Source of the DNA: Lingula anatina
Taxonomy: Eukaryota > Animalia > Brachiopoda
Direction: 5' to 3'
NCBI GenBank assembly: GCA_051362555.1
Contig: CM120645.1
Coordinates: forward strand, 21,700,001-21,764,000
DNA length: 64,000 nt
Positions 50,550 through 62,717 of this stretch are shown here, one piece after another (position 1 is the first letter of the stretch; the number at the start of each line of letters is the position of its first letter). A model generated the notes under the pieces. It searched no databases, was not told the origin of the DNA, and was given only the letters and a program-made list of their open reading frames with translations. The translations under genes were made by a program, and so were the position numbers.

Positions 50550-51771
50550 AGCTTAAGAAAGTTGTGGGCATTCTAGAATTATGCTCAGGAAGGTGATCAT
50601 AATATTGATCAATGCTATTAACAACCGACCATTGAATAAAGCACACATGTACTTTCGATTGCTTTACTCGAAAGAAAGGCATGTGCAACGCAAAATTTCG
50701 ACACCAGAACTTGGTATTTTTGACATCAAAGTACAATTCTACTGAAAAGCCTTCCTTCGTTTTAAAGTACATACCTGTGAAAAAATATTTTCTGATTTGC
50801 CCTTATGGAACACTAACATTTGTGAACTTAGAAAGTAGTGTTATATAGAGCTGCCATTGTTCCCATAGGCTCACAGAAATCACGTGATACCCTTGTACCT
50901 GACGATTAGTTATAGCGATAAGTTGACACTATTCACGAAGTCCACGCTCCTAAGTAGCGCCCTTAAACATCGATGCCCGTGCCCAGAAATAAATTAATAA
51001 ATAAATAAAGTTTAAAGTGCCTTAAAATACTGCAGCAATAAACGTTTCAATTCTTTGCCCTTTATATAATCCATATTAAACGAAAATAAAAGAGTATGTT
51101 CTGAGTACATTCTAACAGCAAATGGCACTTTATTTCAGAAATAATATGTAAAAAGTGTCCAATTCAAGCTTGCAATGACATTCTTAACTGCTAATATTTT
51201 TCAACGAAAAAAATATGTTCAAAATCATATCATACTTAGACTGCAAAAATAACAGTTTTCCGACTACGGTTTTAAAGTGGAGGATCAGAGAGGCGTTAAT
51301 GCCTCCGGGTATTGTACCACCAGCTGGAGTAAGCGCACTCGTATGGTAAACCAAAAAAGGGACACCACCACCAATGCTATGCTTGACAAGCTCTACAAAT
51401 TGCAATAAACAGATTTCTCTTTTTTTGTAGAAAATTGCAATTTATAACAAAATCGTGGGGGGAGGTGAAAGGGCAAATCCAAGGTTGCAGTAAGAGTGGT
51501 GAATATAAGACTTCCCATCCAAGTTCAAAAGTAGGTCAAATTCAAGGTCGCAGTAAGATTCTAATATATGACAAAAAAAGGGATTAAAAAACCAATGAAA
51601 CAATTCATCAAACTGAAATCAATCAATCAAAGTATTACATTAGTCTCACAAAACGTCACCATTAGTCTTTTTATTTAAGCTTGCCAGAATGGATTTGTGG
51701 CAAAAAATAACATCTCCAATACCAGTATTTCATTCTGAGATTATGACTTTGCTCTAGTATTAACGTAATAA

Positions 51772-54700
51772 CTATGCCTTGAACTTAATTAGATATTCGG
51801 GATAAGCTTGCGCGTCATAAAATATCACAAAAATGGTCGGAGTTTTTGTATTGTCTACTACAGAGTTGTATGTCTCCAGTGGTTTCTTAGGATCTTTAGG
51901 TGGAGGAGTCAGCATCTCGGGGTTTCCCTTTGTGTAGGATCCAACAAGTACCTTGGCCAGGAACATAAACTGCTCCCCGGCTGCATTAGGCTTGCAGTAC
52001 GAGGGCTGGGCAGAATAGGTGGCTTTTTTGGCAAAGTATACCCCTTTTCCAAAGATGGCGCCTGTATACATGAAACAAGAGCGTTACTGTTCAAAATATT
52101 CTGAAGCACTTTTCAGCAAAAATGTGTATTATAATTTCATGAGATAAACGAGAACACCAACAGATTTTATCCCTAATAAAAAGTGCTCTTTGGTAAGATC
52201 ACTATGATGTAGACGGATTTCCCTTTTAAGTTCAGAACATATAATTTTAACCTATCATTCACTAAACAAGCACTGGATTTAATAAACTGAACAATGGACT
52301 TAATGAATTCACTTACCAACGTTTAATCCACCAAAGCTTCTGTTAAACCCTTGGTGGCTTATGTAATCGCAATTAGCTTCAGACGTTCCATGAAAAAGTG
52401 ACATCTCATTGTTCCTACAGAACGCAAACATTATGTTTATTGCACTGCTCACTGAGCAACAGTGACATTCTATAAGGTTATACACCACAGTCTAACGAAA
52501 AAAAGCTGCAGATATGAAGAACTGTGATAAAGATCATTCGCCCTTTTTAATTAATTGATGCAAAGTTGATTTATTTTCAATGTGAATATGTGTTCGAATA
52601 AATCTAAAAAAAAATCTATATTATATATAAGTTTATAAGCTGCATAAAGTTCTCAAGATGGATCCAATGTGCACTTACACCCCTTGGTTCTCACGCTCCA
52701 GTTTAGCACTGTATGTCTTATACTGCTTATATAAATGTGGGTTCTGGATTCTCAGCAGTTGAACGATTTTCTTTCTTCGCAAACCGTCAGTGTCAAAGGC
52801 GGCGTTGAACTGCTCGGCCACTTTGTTGAACTCCTGGTCCCCAGCTTTTATATTAACTTGATTCACAGCATGCGGGATATCACTGTCACGTGGCTGAGGT
52901 GACCAATGAGAAGGTAAGGAAGGATCTGCAACCGAAAGCAATGCACAAAATGCCTGAATATATATAATTTTTTGCACAAATTAATGATAAAACGGGGTAT
53001 ACCAAACCTTGACAATTTTTGTTTTCAAATGCACAGTTAACAGGCAAATACAGTTGAAAAAGAAACGCCTTAGGTAAAGAGCTCCATGGCGTGGTACCAT
53101 TTACAGAATTCATTAAAAAATGATGATCCTACCTTTGACTTCTCGTATAACCTGGGTAACAATGTCTTTACTGCAATCCGTCTCTGTCATAGTGCTAAAA
53201 TCCAACTTACAAGGACTGCCTTCTATCTCGTACACCACTGCCCCTTCCCTTGCTCTGTGAGCCAATTCCACGCGATAGTTTGTCATTTTATCAAAAGGCT
53301 CCCTACTCTGATCTTTAGCAGCTAACCAACACCTACAAAAAATAAATAAATCCAATTGTTTTTCACAATGACAGTTATTGTGTATGCCTCTGTTTGAAGT
53401 GTAGGGTAATGTAAGGACAGGGTAAGACAAATATTCCCTAATTGCTATCCTAACATGTATGTTTTGGATAATAAACAAATGCCAGTGTTCACTGACTAAA
53501 TGCCTTTGTATTTTTGCAAATGTCATTTTTACCGATGACGTCATGTTTGCGATTTTGGGGTAAATTTGCAAAATCGGTTTTTCATATACCCTTAACCTGA
53601 GCACCCACGGACACCGTTTCGATCTCCAATTTCATGACATCATAAGCACTTTGAAGCCCTCCCTGTGATTTATCTTAAAAGCCTTACTTCAGATATAATA
53701 TCGTTGATAAGGCAAAGTATGTCCTTTGTTCAACGATGCATTGGGGGCAAATAATTCCATGACAAAACAAATTATGACGAAACTTTGTAAAATAAATTAA
53801 AGGTCGAATAAAAGTACAAATAGAGATAGAAACACTGCACCTGATTTATTTAAGAATGAAATAGTAATTTTGTGAACCGGGTATTCAGTGGATCGACTGT
53901 TGTACATTTTTCGTGGAGTGAAAAAAATTGATCCAGAAATGAATATACCAGTCTTCTGTTGTGAAACACAGTGAATGTGGGAACACGCCTGAAAAGCGAA
54001 GAGTAAATTAAAAAAAACATGGAGATATATACTTACCACTGAATTTTCTGCTGGAGTGCTGCAGCTTTTTCCTCCTCTGCTCTGTCTTCTATCTTCCTAT
54101 GGATTATTTTGTAGATAGTGCTGACAGTCGGAGAAACATCCACAGGACATCCCACAATCGATATTGTTGACGTATTTGTATCTGTAATAATGTTAAATAA
54201 TTTATAAGAATTAAAACTAAAAAATATATTAACCTGGGTACAGTAATTGTTTTGCTTCCGAGCTTGGGTCTTAAATAAGTGCAGTATTCTGTAGTGTAAA
54301 CATGTACAAATGAATTATGTAGCTTCGTAATTACCACACTGGGGTTTATTTTAATGAAAACAAAATTTAAAATGTCATTTGCAAAGGAATAGGCTTTAAC
54401 AACCCTATGCCTTACCTATGGTGGCTGTTACTCCTCGTTCGACCTCAAGGTCTCGTATTTCTGCTATGTCAGCTTGTGTTAGTGTATGTCCCTTCAACTC
54501 AATGATTTCCTGTTTACAATAATTACAATAAATAATCACATATCTATATTATTGGTATTTGTTTTACATGAATTTAAAGGCCTATTCTCGTCGCTTTGCA
54601 AATTACTCAGTGGCTATATCGAAATACTCAGGGGTACTTGTTATCTGTAAGAATCCTAAACGAACAGAATTCTGAAACCCGAACCAAGTAAAACACTAAA

Positions 54701-57700
54701 ACCTGAGTACCTTTTGGATGTTCTGTTTAATAAAAGCTGCAATGTCCTCGTCTGTTTCGGCAACTTTATCGCTGGCTCCATATACATCAAGTACCACTCT
54801 TTGTAAAGCTGTAAGGCTTTGGCGTTGGCGCATGGATTGGCGACGACCTACATGTAGTACAATTGATCAATGGAATGCAAAAACAAATGCAGTTAAGGTA
54901 TATCGAGATTTTATAATACCAATTAACAGTGCATAAGAAATGACAAGTAAAACATCATCATCACACAACGTGTTCATAAATGAAGCTCCAGTAAAAATCA
55001 TTTGCTGCTCAGATGGTTCTTTTATCCTACTATATTTTATAGGGGAAAACCTGTTGAATTACTTCTATTAATGGTAGGCCTGTCCGATACCGCTACAAAT
55101 AAACCAAACATATATCAATAACTTTTGGGATAATAAAGTTAAAGTACAAGTTTGTGACAAAAACTTTAAGCCTTACTGGGTCTTTGAGTCACCGGGAATT
55201 ACAAGACAACTGAATCAAAGCACATAATGGTGTTTTCAGAATGTACCAGTACAGAAAAATACCTTTTCTTGTTCCTCTTGTAACTGTACTCTGAGCTCTT
55301 GCTTCGTCTATAAAAATCGGAATTTGCCCCTGGTCGTAAACCGTAACACAAATCATCTTCAAACTTTCAATATTATTTTCCTGGAGGGTCTGAAATATAC
55401 CACTCAGTGTTTCTTTGGCACAAGTCGCTGGATCCAAGTTAGCTTTACCTGGAAAATGAATTCGGATAAACCATAAATTGCACATTCACAACCACATGAA
55501 AAATGTAAAAAAATCCAAATCCAAATGTAGTGATGCATAAACTGGTGCATGAATATACACGATATGCTACCTTTAAATGATACATTTACATATCGGCTGT
55601 ATTGGGATAAATATTTGTTCACTTGGTGTCATCTTTGCGAACGGGCAAAGTGTTTGAACATACCTGTTCCTATGGCAGGAAAAGCAATTGAAGAAAATCC
55701 GAATTTCTCAGCCAGAAGTAAGCACTGCTGAATGCTTCGATGAATCTGATTGGCTGAAGGAATAACCACGTGGTAAATTCTCTTAAAAGGAAGTTTGCCG
55801 GGTGCTACAATAAAAGACAAATTTTCATTTTTTTTACTTCTATTGCAGATTATTTCAATAGTTTGGAACGAAAAAGTAGCTGTATGTGGTAGACCTTATC
55901 CGTCCGCTTATGTGATCAAGATAAATTAAAATTATTCAGGCAGACACTTAAAAAGAAAAATGCATTTACTTGTATCTAGAACCGCCCCGCTCTGTGCATG
56001 TCTCTTTTTAGTTTGTAGTTCTTTCTTGATATCGTTACCTCCAGCTTTTACTAAATGCTTGCCAAGCACCCCCATATCTGCATGCAAAAAAAAATATATA
56101 TATAAAGCTCATAAAGTTATGACAATACAACTCAAGCATTGTACAATAGCCATTTGTAATGACATCTTGATAAAAACAAGTTAGACAGTTTATGAAGCCT
56201 TATTCCGTGAACGTTATTGGTTTTAATGTACGCACACCACAACGATTATGGGAAAATGATAGTAATATCCGAGAAAATTAAAAAAAAAATGAAATTATAT
56301 TATGTTCCATAAAAAAGACTTAATTCTGTGTCTTTTATGTCATATATCCTCTACCCCATCCATTCTATGAGATTACTGGTAAACGAGTGATACTTACTGA
56401 GTTGTGGGTCAACAGTATTCACAATAATATCAACAGTATATTCCATAACATTGCCCTGCTTGACTTGCACAGTTACTGCATTACAAGACAGCTCCATAAA
56501 GTTAGGCTTTTCCAATTGCATTGTAATGCCTACAATTTATAAGAAAAGTGATCAAATTGGGCAAATTTCCTAATCTGATTAAAATAATTATCTTGACGTC
56601 GTTCCTATAAACTGAAAATATTTTGTTTCTTTTACATGATTTTCTATTACATTCATGAAAATTAAAGGGATAACAACTCTTCGTTTGAGATCTATTTTTC
56701 ACAATAAATACATTGTAAACAAAACACAGAAATATAATATATTCCATTTTACCACAAAAAACACAGTTATAGCAGTTAATCTGAAATCTGTGGTTGCCAT
56801 CCGACCACGTGAACTCCATAGATGGCAATACTCTGCATCAATCTCTTAAGAGATTATTACAAAAACATAAAAAAAAAAAAAAAAAAACTTTTTTAGAAAA
56901 AACAGTGACTAATTTTAAATGTAGAAATGGATTCATTAACCACTGGCAAGTACCCAAGGAAAATTCATTTTCTGGCCAAAATCAACAGTTGTTATCCCTT
57001 TAATACGATTTACATTTACCAAGAAAATGAAAATATGATGCAGCCTATAAAATATCAAATAAGAGATAATTGAAATAAACAGAAATAAACATACCTTTGA
57101 TCCTTAATCAACAATATATCTTTAACTAATATACACACCCTAACACCCGTAAATCACGACGAAAAAGTGATATGTGTACACTGTATTTGCAATGTACAAC
57201 TTCTGTTTGATTAGCAAACACTATGCGTTCTTTCAGATTGTTTTCAGATTGTTGATATCGAGTAGTGACAAATTTCTCTTCAGAAAAACGCTGATGAATT
57301 ATATTCAATGATGAATATCTTTAACTTAATGTATTGAAAATCAGTATAATATATACCTTTTCGACGACGAAAATGCACAGTTTTGGGCCGTTCCTGTACT
57401 TCGAACAATTTCATCTTAAAAGCAGTGATAGTTTGTGTATCTTGAGGATAAAGAACAAATCGAATCTCCTGTGAGGCACAAAATAAAAATAAAATAAAAA
57501 ATGCGATGAAATTAATAAGACCTTTAAAGCAAAATGGTTACTAGTACAACAGTGTGTGTCCGTCTTTACATGCCAGAAAAAGGGACTCACTGCTAAAATA
57601 TAATTGAATAAGAAATAAAATTCATTGAGTAAGAAATAAGTGCATTATTTTCAAACAGACTGCTTGCCTTGACTTTGGTCTGCGAGTTCTTTGCACTGAA

Positions 57701-60700
57701 TTGCAAGGCCTCCTTAAACATGACGTCAGCCACAACATCTTTGGGAAATTTCAGGTTCCCGGTTCCAAGAGCAGGAAATGCTATAGATGATACTCCATCT
57801 TGGTGTGCTTGTTCTAAACACTGTGACATTAACCTGGACAGCGTCTGGAATAAAATACTGCAATTAGTGAAGGCTTAAACCCCAACAACTATCATTTGGC
57901 TTCGAAAGAGCTTGGAAACACTTCACATCGTATTGAGGTCGTTTTGTCATGTGTTCTTACATTCCACACAAGTTCGACAAGGCTACAGACATGATACATG
58001 TATGAAAGATCTAGAGAAAGCAAGAATTAAATCATATTGGAATTAAATACAGTTTTGATAAAATAGAGAGACAAAAAGAAAAAGAAATAATGGAGGAAAT
58101 TAGACCAAGCAAACCTGTTCTTTTGCAGGTCCCCAATCCGGACAGACAACATGGTAGATTTTTTGGCATTGGAGATTGAAACCATCCGTCTTCTTCATTT
58201 CCCCAGTTGATATTTTCCCTATTTTTGTGCATTCCTTGTAGGGAATTGAAGCTGGTTATCATGTATTACATGTGGAATTCATTGTTATTCGTCATAATAG
58301 TACCTAGCTGATTTTTTTTTCTTATGCTTCTAACTTAGCACTCTCTATTACCTATCGCTGGATAGTCCCAGGATAAGTTCTTGCAAGAAGAAATAATTTT
58401 TAAAAGCGACTTTACAACTAAAATAAGTAATTTTGTCAAATCACCCAAAATGGGTTTTTACAAACCCCATTGCAAAACATAACACACTGTACCTGCTGCA
58501 GTTGCGGGCCAGCTACTTCAGCAATGGCAGCAGAGACTTTCCCGGCACGAAGATCCATATCGAACTTGATGCTATTAACTATAACATCAGCCTTGTTTGT
58601 GAAGAGGAGCAGTACATATAGTGACCAAAAATAAAAGCTTTATGGATATGAAAGATGATACTTTGACTAACAGCTTTTCATTGGGTTATTTGAGGTATTT
58701 GTTGGGATAGATTAGCTAAAAATTATAATTAGCTATAGTTTGCTAGGCTTGCTATGTTCCAAATTCACTCACCGTTTCTTGTTCGATATTCCCTTCTACC
58801 AAAGTTATGCTTGTGCCTTTGGGTGTGGTAAAGCTTCCAGCTGGCGTTTGACTCGCCGTTATTGACTGTAAAATATCACATTAAATGTGTTTAGCAGAAG
58901 TGCCATATCAATGTTTAAAGACAAACGTATTTTACAACCTCACTTTAAAAAAGCTCCTTTTTCTGCAAAGTTTCATGGGCAGTCCTTGTCAAAAGATAGT
59001 AAGATCTTTGCTGCTTATGACGCTGACAAAGGTATGAAAACATATTACCCTTTTATGATTTCTGAACAATCTACACAAACATTTACCGTTGTCATAGTTG
59101 AGGCTGAAAGTCTTGCAGCCGCTTTGATATCTATATACACACTGTTCTTTTGCTCAAGGTCTTTCAGGAAGAGGCGTCCCGGACCACTTTGCATGCTCGT
59201 AACCATTCCTGGAAATTATGTTATGCCACAAAAAAATACTTCATAAAACTCCAAACACCCATACCGGATGTAACCAATAACATAAAACATGAAACATGAA
59301 AGTTATCTGATTCTAAAGCATTCTATGTGACAAAGATATTCTTTCTTTTTATAATTCACCTACCTGGCTGTTTGATGACGACCTGCTTCTTTTTAATGCT
59401 GTCAACGACTTTCGACAGTGATGACTCAACTTCATGGATCTACGACAAAAGATAAGATGAAGACGATTGTTAAAGTGTATTTGTTAAATATTTCATTTCG
59501 AATAGATCCAATGTTAATTCCAATTCCTTCTAAGGTAAGGAGCCGAATCAGTCAGAAGCAAACATATAGAAGTACATAAATGCAGTTATATGAATCGGAG
59601 TTATTACGAGGAACATGTAACCATTTCATCAATTGAGTATTAGTGTTTAAATTAACATTATTCCGTAATTTCCTCCCGTGTGTACTTACTATAATAGTTG
59701 GGCCCTGGATGATCAGCTCCCCGTTGTTTTTAATCATGACTTGCACTCCTTTCGACTTCTCCAAGTTCTTAATCTCGGGTACTGTTGAATATGAAAGACA
59801 CATTAAACGCTGAGGCATAACGAATTGTGTGACAGAAATATTCAAACCAGGTATAAATCAGATGCTTATACTTCATAAATCAGTTGGGAATACTTCACCT
59901 TTAAATTTGATTAAATATTCCGCCTGACCAGGGAGAATCGACATAGTCTCGCTCGCGACTGATTTCTGTCCCAAATGATACCCTATTTGTCTCGAAGCCT
60001 CTTGAACATCATCACTAAAACCATACAGAACTACGGTGTTCGTTTCTTCTTCTGCTGCCTCCACCAAAACCTACAATGCATTAGGGATGTTGAAATTCTT
60101 TTGCAAATAATGATATCATCAATTTGTAATTTTTGTTCCATGTTTAGTGACAGATGAATGACCTCACCTTTGTACAGTCCTTCTGCAGTAAATGTGAAGC
60201 AATAGACTTTCGGTATGTTTATCGACAGGTTTCGTTGAATATACATAGGAGAACCAATATGCATTGTCATTTCCCTATCATTTTTCCAAACATTATAATG
60301 TCTGATACAGATATATAATTATATCTCGCTTCAAGTTCAATCAACATTTAATATACTTACACACAAATCTTTGGCCAGTTTTTTCTCTAGGGCCTCCCAA
60401 GTATCGGTTTGCAAATATGAAAGCTTGGTTTTTGGCACGGGGATGCTTTGCGTGGTCAGACTGGCTTGAACATGCTCTGCTGCTTTTTCCGTTGCATCAG
60501 CATCAAGTGAATAAAAAAACATTGTGCATTCAGAACCTTTTACCGTGACTTCATGAACGACGTCCAAACCTTCCTTTCTTAATATGCATCGGACTTTCTC
60601 CCCGCCGTCACTTGACGCCAAAATCTTGGCAAAATGTTTCTCTGTGACATGGATGCTTTTTTCATTAATGGAAGTAAGAACATCTAGGAAATTACTCACA

Positions 60701-62702
60701 GCTCTCTCTACCGGAGTGACCTTTCCTTTGAACTCAATCTCCCCTTCATGTGATCGAATCATGACGGACACTCCAGATGGCACACCAGCAACACCTTTAC
60801 TTATGATGAGGACTAATTTGGCCTTGTTTTTATCAGTCAATACTTTGACTATTTCTTTTTCTTCTTCTTTGGATTTTTTCTTTTCTTCTCTCTGAATTCG
60901 AGCGAAGTCTTTGAGGACTTTTTGGCATTCATCCTCAACACCAGTTACTCGGACAGTGTAAGACTCAGGGGAGGCCTGAATATCTATGGACTTTAGGCAC
61001 ATGGTGTGCACTTCACACTCCTCTTCAATCCGAGACCAAACGTCATCGGAAAATTGGACCGATTTAGTCATGAAGCCGTCAAGAAACTCTTGGACCACTT
61101 CCGTGCATTGTTTCTCCCACTTCTCTTTATTGTTAATCCGTTCAGTATTGTCTGCCATGACGCGTATTTGGTTGTTGGTGACATCCGTCCATAATTGAGG
61201 AAGTGACCCAAGAATCGGCCTAAGTTTACTAGCCAAACGTTTTTTGGGGGCATCATGTTTCCTTAAGAAGGATACAATGTGAGAGTCACAAGGGAATTCC
61301 ATCAACCAGGAATTACCGTAATCTTCTTCGTCGTCAACTTCGTCATCTTCTTCATATCCGATTTCACGGTAATAAACACTGACATGCAAGCGGAGACCGC
61401 CGAGGGTGTGCGAAATCTCAGAGACTCTTTTCGCATCTACATTAAAGGAAAACATCGGCATGTGCGTGAACATTTAGAAATACTTAAATTTCAAATTAAG
61501 CTGCTGCTGAAATAGAGGTGAATGACATTTTGAAAAAACATTCATGAATTAAATATGTGTTCAAAAATAATAGCTCTCGGGATTTTTTTTTATTTTTCAT
61601 TCAGCTTTTTTTTTTCAAGCTGATCACGAAGCATGCATCATCTATAGAATGCTATTCAGTATATACTAGTAACAAATGTAGTCAGCAGCTACATATGTCG
61701 GGTTATTCTATAGATCATGAAAATGAATTATCCGAGTAAGAACTGCTGTACAAATAAATATGTGTGTGTGTGTGTGTGTGTGTTTCCTCTTACCGTCTGC
61801 ATTTTCAAAGGTAACAACAGCAGCTTTTCTATTTTCCAGTATTACAACGTCTTTGACCGGTCCACCCTTGCTCTCTTCGCTTTCGAAATAATATTCCAAT
61901 TTCTTCTTAAAAAATTGTTCATCTTTGATCCCTGTAAGCACAAATTACAATGATAATTAATTAGCATATTGTAGATTAAGCAATGTGGAGATAAAAATAT
62001 TTCTTAACAATGAAGAACCCCATCAGTAGAACAAACAGTCAACAGTAATAGAATTACTGGGTTGTGGGGGTGTGCAGACTTGGCCAGGGGGCGGACTAGC
62101 CCCGCCTTGTCCTACCTTTGACGAGAACAGCAGATGGTTTCTGGACTTGCTCCACTGTAAGAAACGTTCCAAGAAAACTTTCTTTCGAGACACTCTGTGC
62201 TATAGATGTGATAACAGTACCTGAAGAAACAAAGTATAACAGTTTACTAATGTTTGACTTTATTAACTAGATGACGAACTTTGATTCCATTTTTGCAAAA
62301 ACGGTATGATTTTAATTTAAGTTCTCAGCAGTCATAATTAATGACTTTACGACCATCAAAGTAATAAACAAGAAAGTACAATAACATCACCACCGCTAAG
62401 GATGTAACATGCCTTTGAACCATAAACACAATCTAATCGAAACAGAGAAAGCATTCCACTTTATACTGTATATTGGAATATAAAATTTGACTCATCTCAT
62501 GAATCCTTAAAATAAATTCCGTACATGGATATAAAGTACACAGAAAAATAATAACGAAGAAAATAATGTTACCGCTTATTTTTCTGTCAAAAGTAAGCAC
62601 TGAAGAAGTGTGATCAATGCCAGTGTGAGCTCCAACAACGGCCAAATCAGTGCCAGCCAGTTTCTCCAGGAAATGTGACACCTTTTCTCGGCTTGTGCCA
62701 GG
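51772..62702 (-). CDS. PARP14: PARP14-like mono-ADP-ribosyltransferase (RRM-like, KH-like, 2 macrodomains, WWE, ART); 5' end unresolved
   Basis: Phase-consistent exons: 62702-62573, 62220-62116, 61931-61794, 61436-60361, 60070-59899, 59781-59690, 59439-59364, 59208-59087, 58865-58773, 58591-58493, 58234-58115, 57844-57668, 57468-57357, 56529-56398, 56077-55970, 55804-55664, 55448-55263, 54847-54711, 54509-54416, 54181-54037, 53332-53133, 52925-52679, 52414-52317, 52061-51772. Motifs: LEYYFE..GGPV (RRM), ADVIVNS / SIAFPALGTG and DIIVNT / SIAFPAIGTG (macro), IQWCW (WWE), LPSHW, LFHGT, GFNRSF, FGKGVYFA, QAYPEYLI. Confidence 0.92.
61761..61783. repeat. (TG)n microsatellite next to a PARP donor site
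   Basis: Directly visible. Confidence 0.85.
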
Positions 62703-62717
62703 CTATGGAACGCCATC

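Noticed and set aside
57095-57102. Possible 8-nt PARP micro-exon (AG|GATCAAAG|GTATG)
   Set aside because: The flanking exons already join in phase 1; including it would shift the frame.
62087-62106. GC-rich mini-hairpin GGCGG...CCGCC containing CTAG (Helitron-end-like)
   Set aside because: CTAG lies in the loop rather than downstream of the hairpin, and no matching 5' end was found.
8448-62702. GPCR-caveolin-SLC26-PARP14 as a functional gene cluster
   Set aside because: Mixed orientations, unrelated functions and no shared regulatory signal visible; adjacency alone is not evidence in an animal genome.
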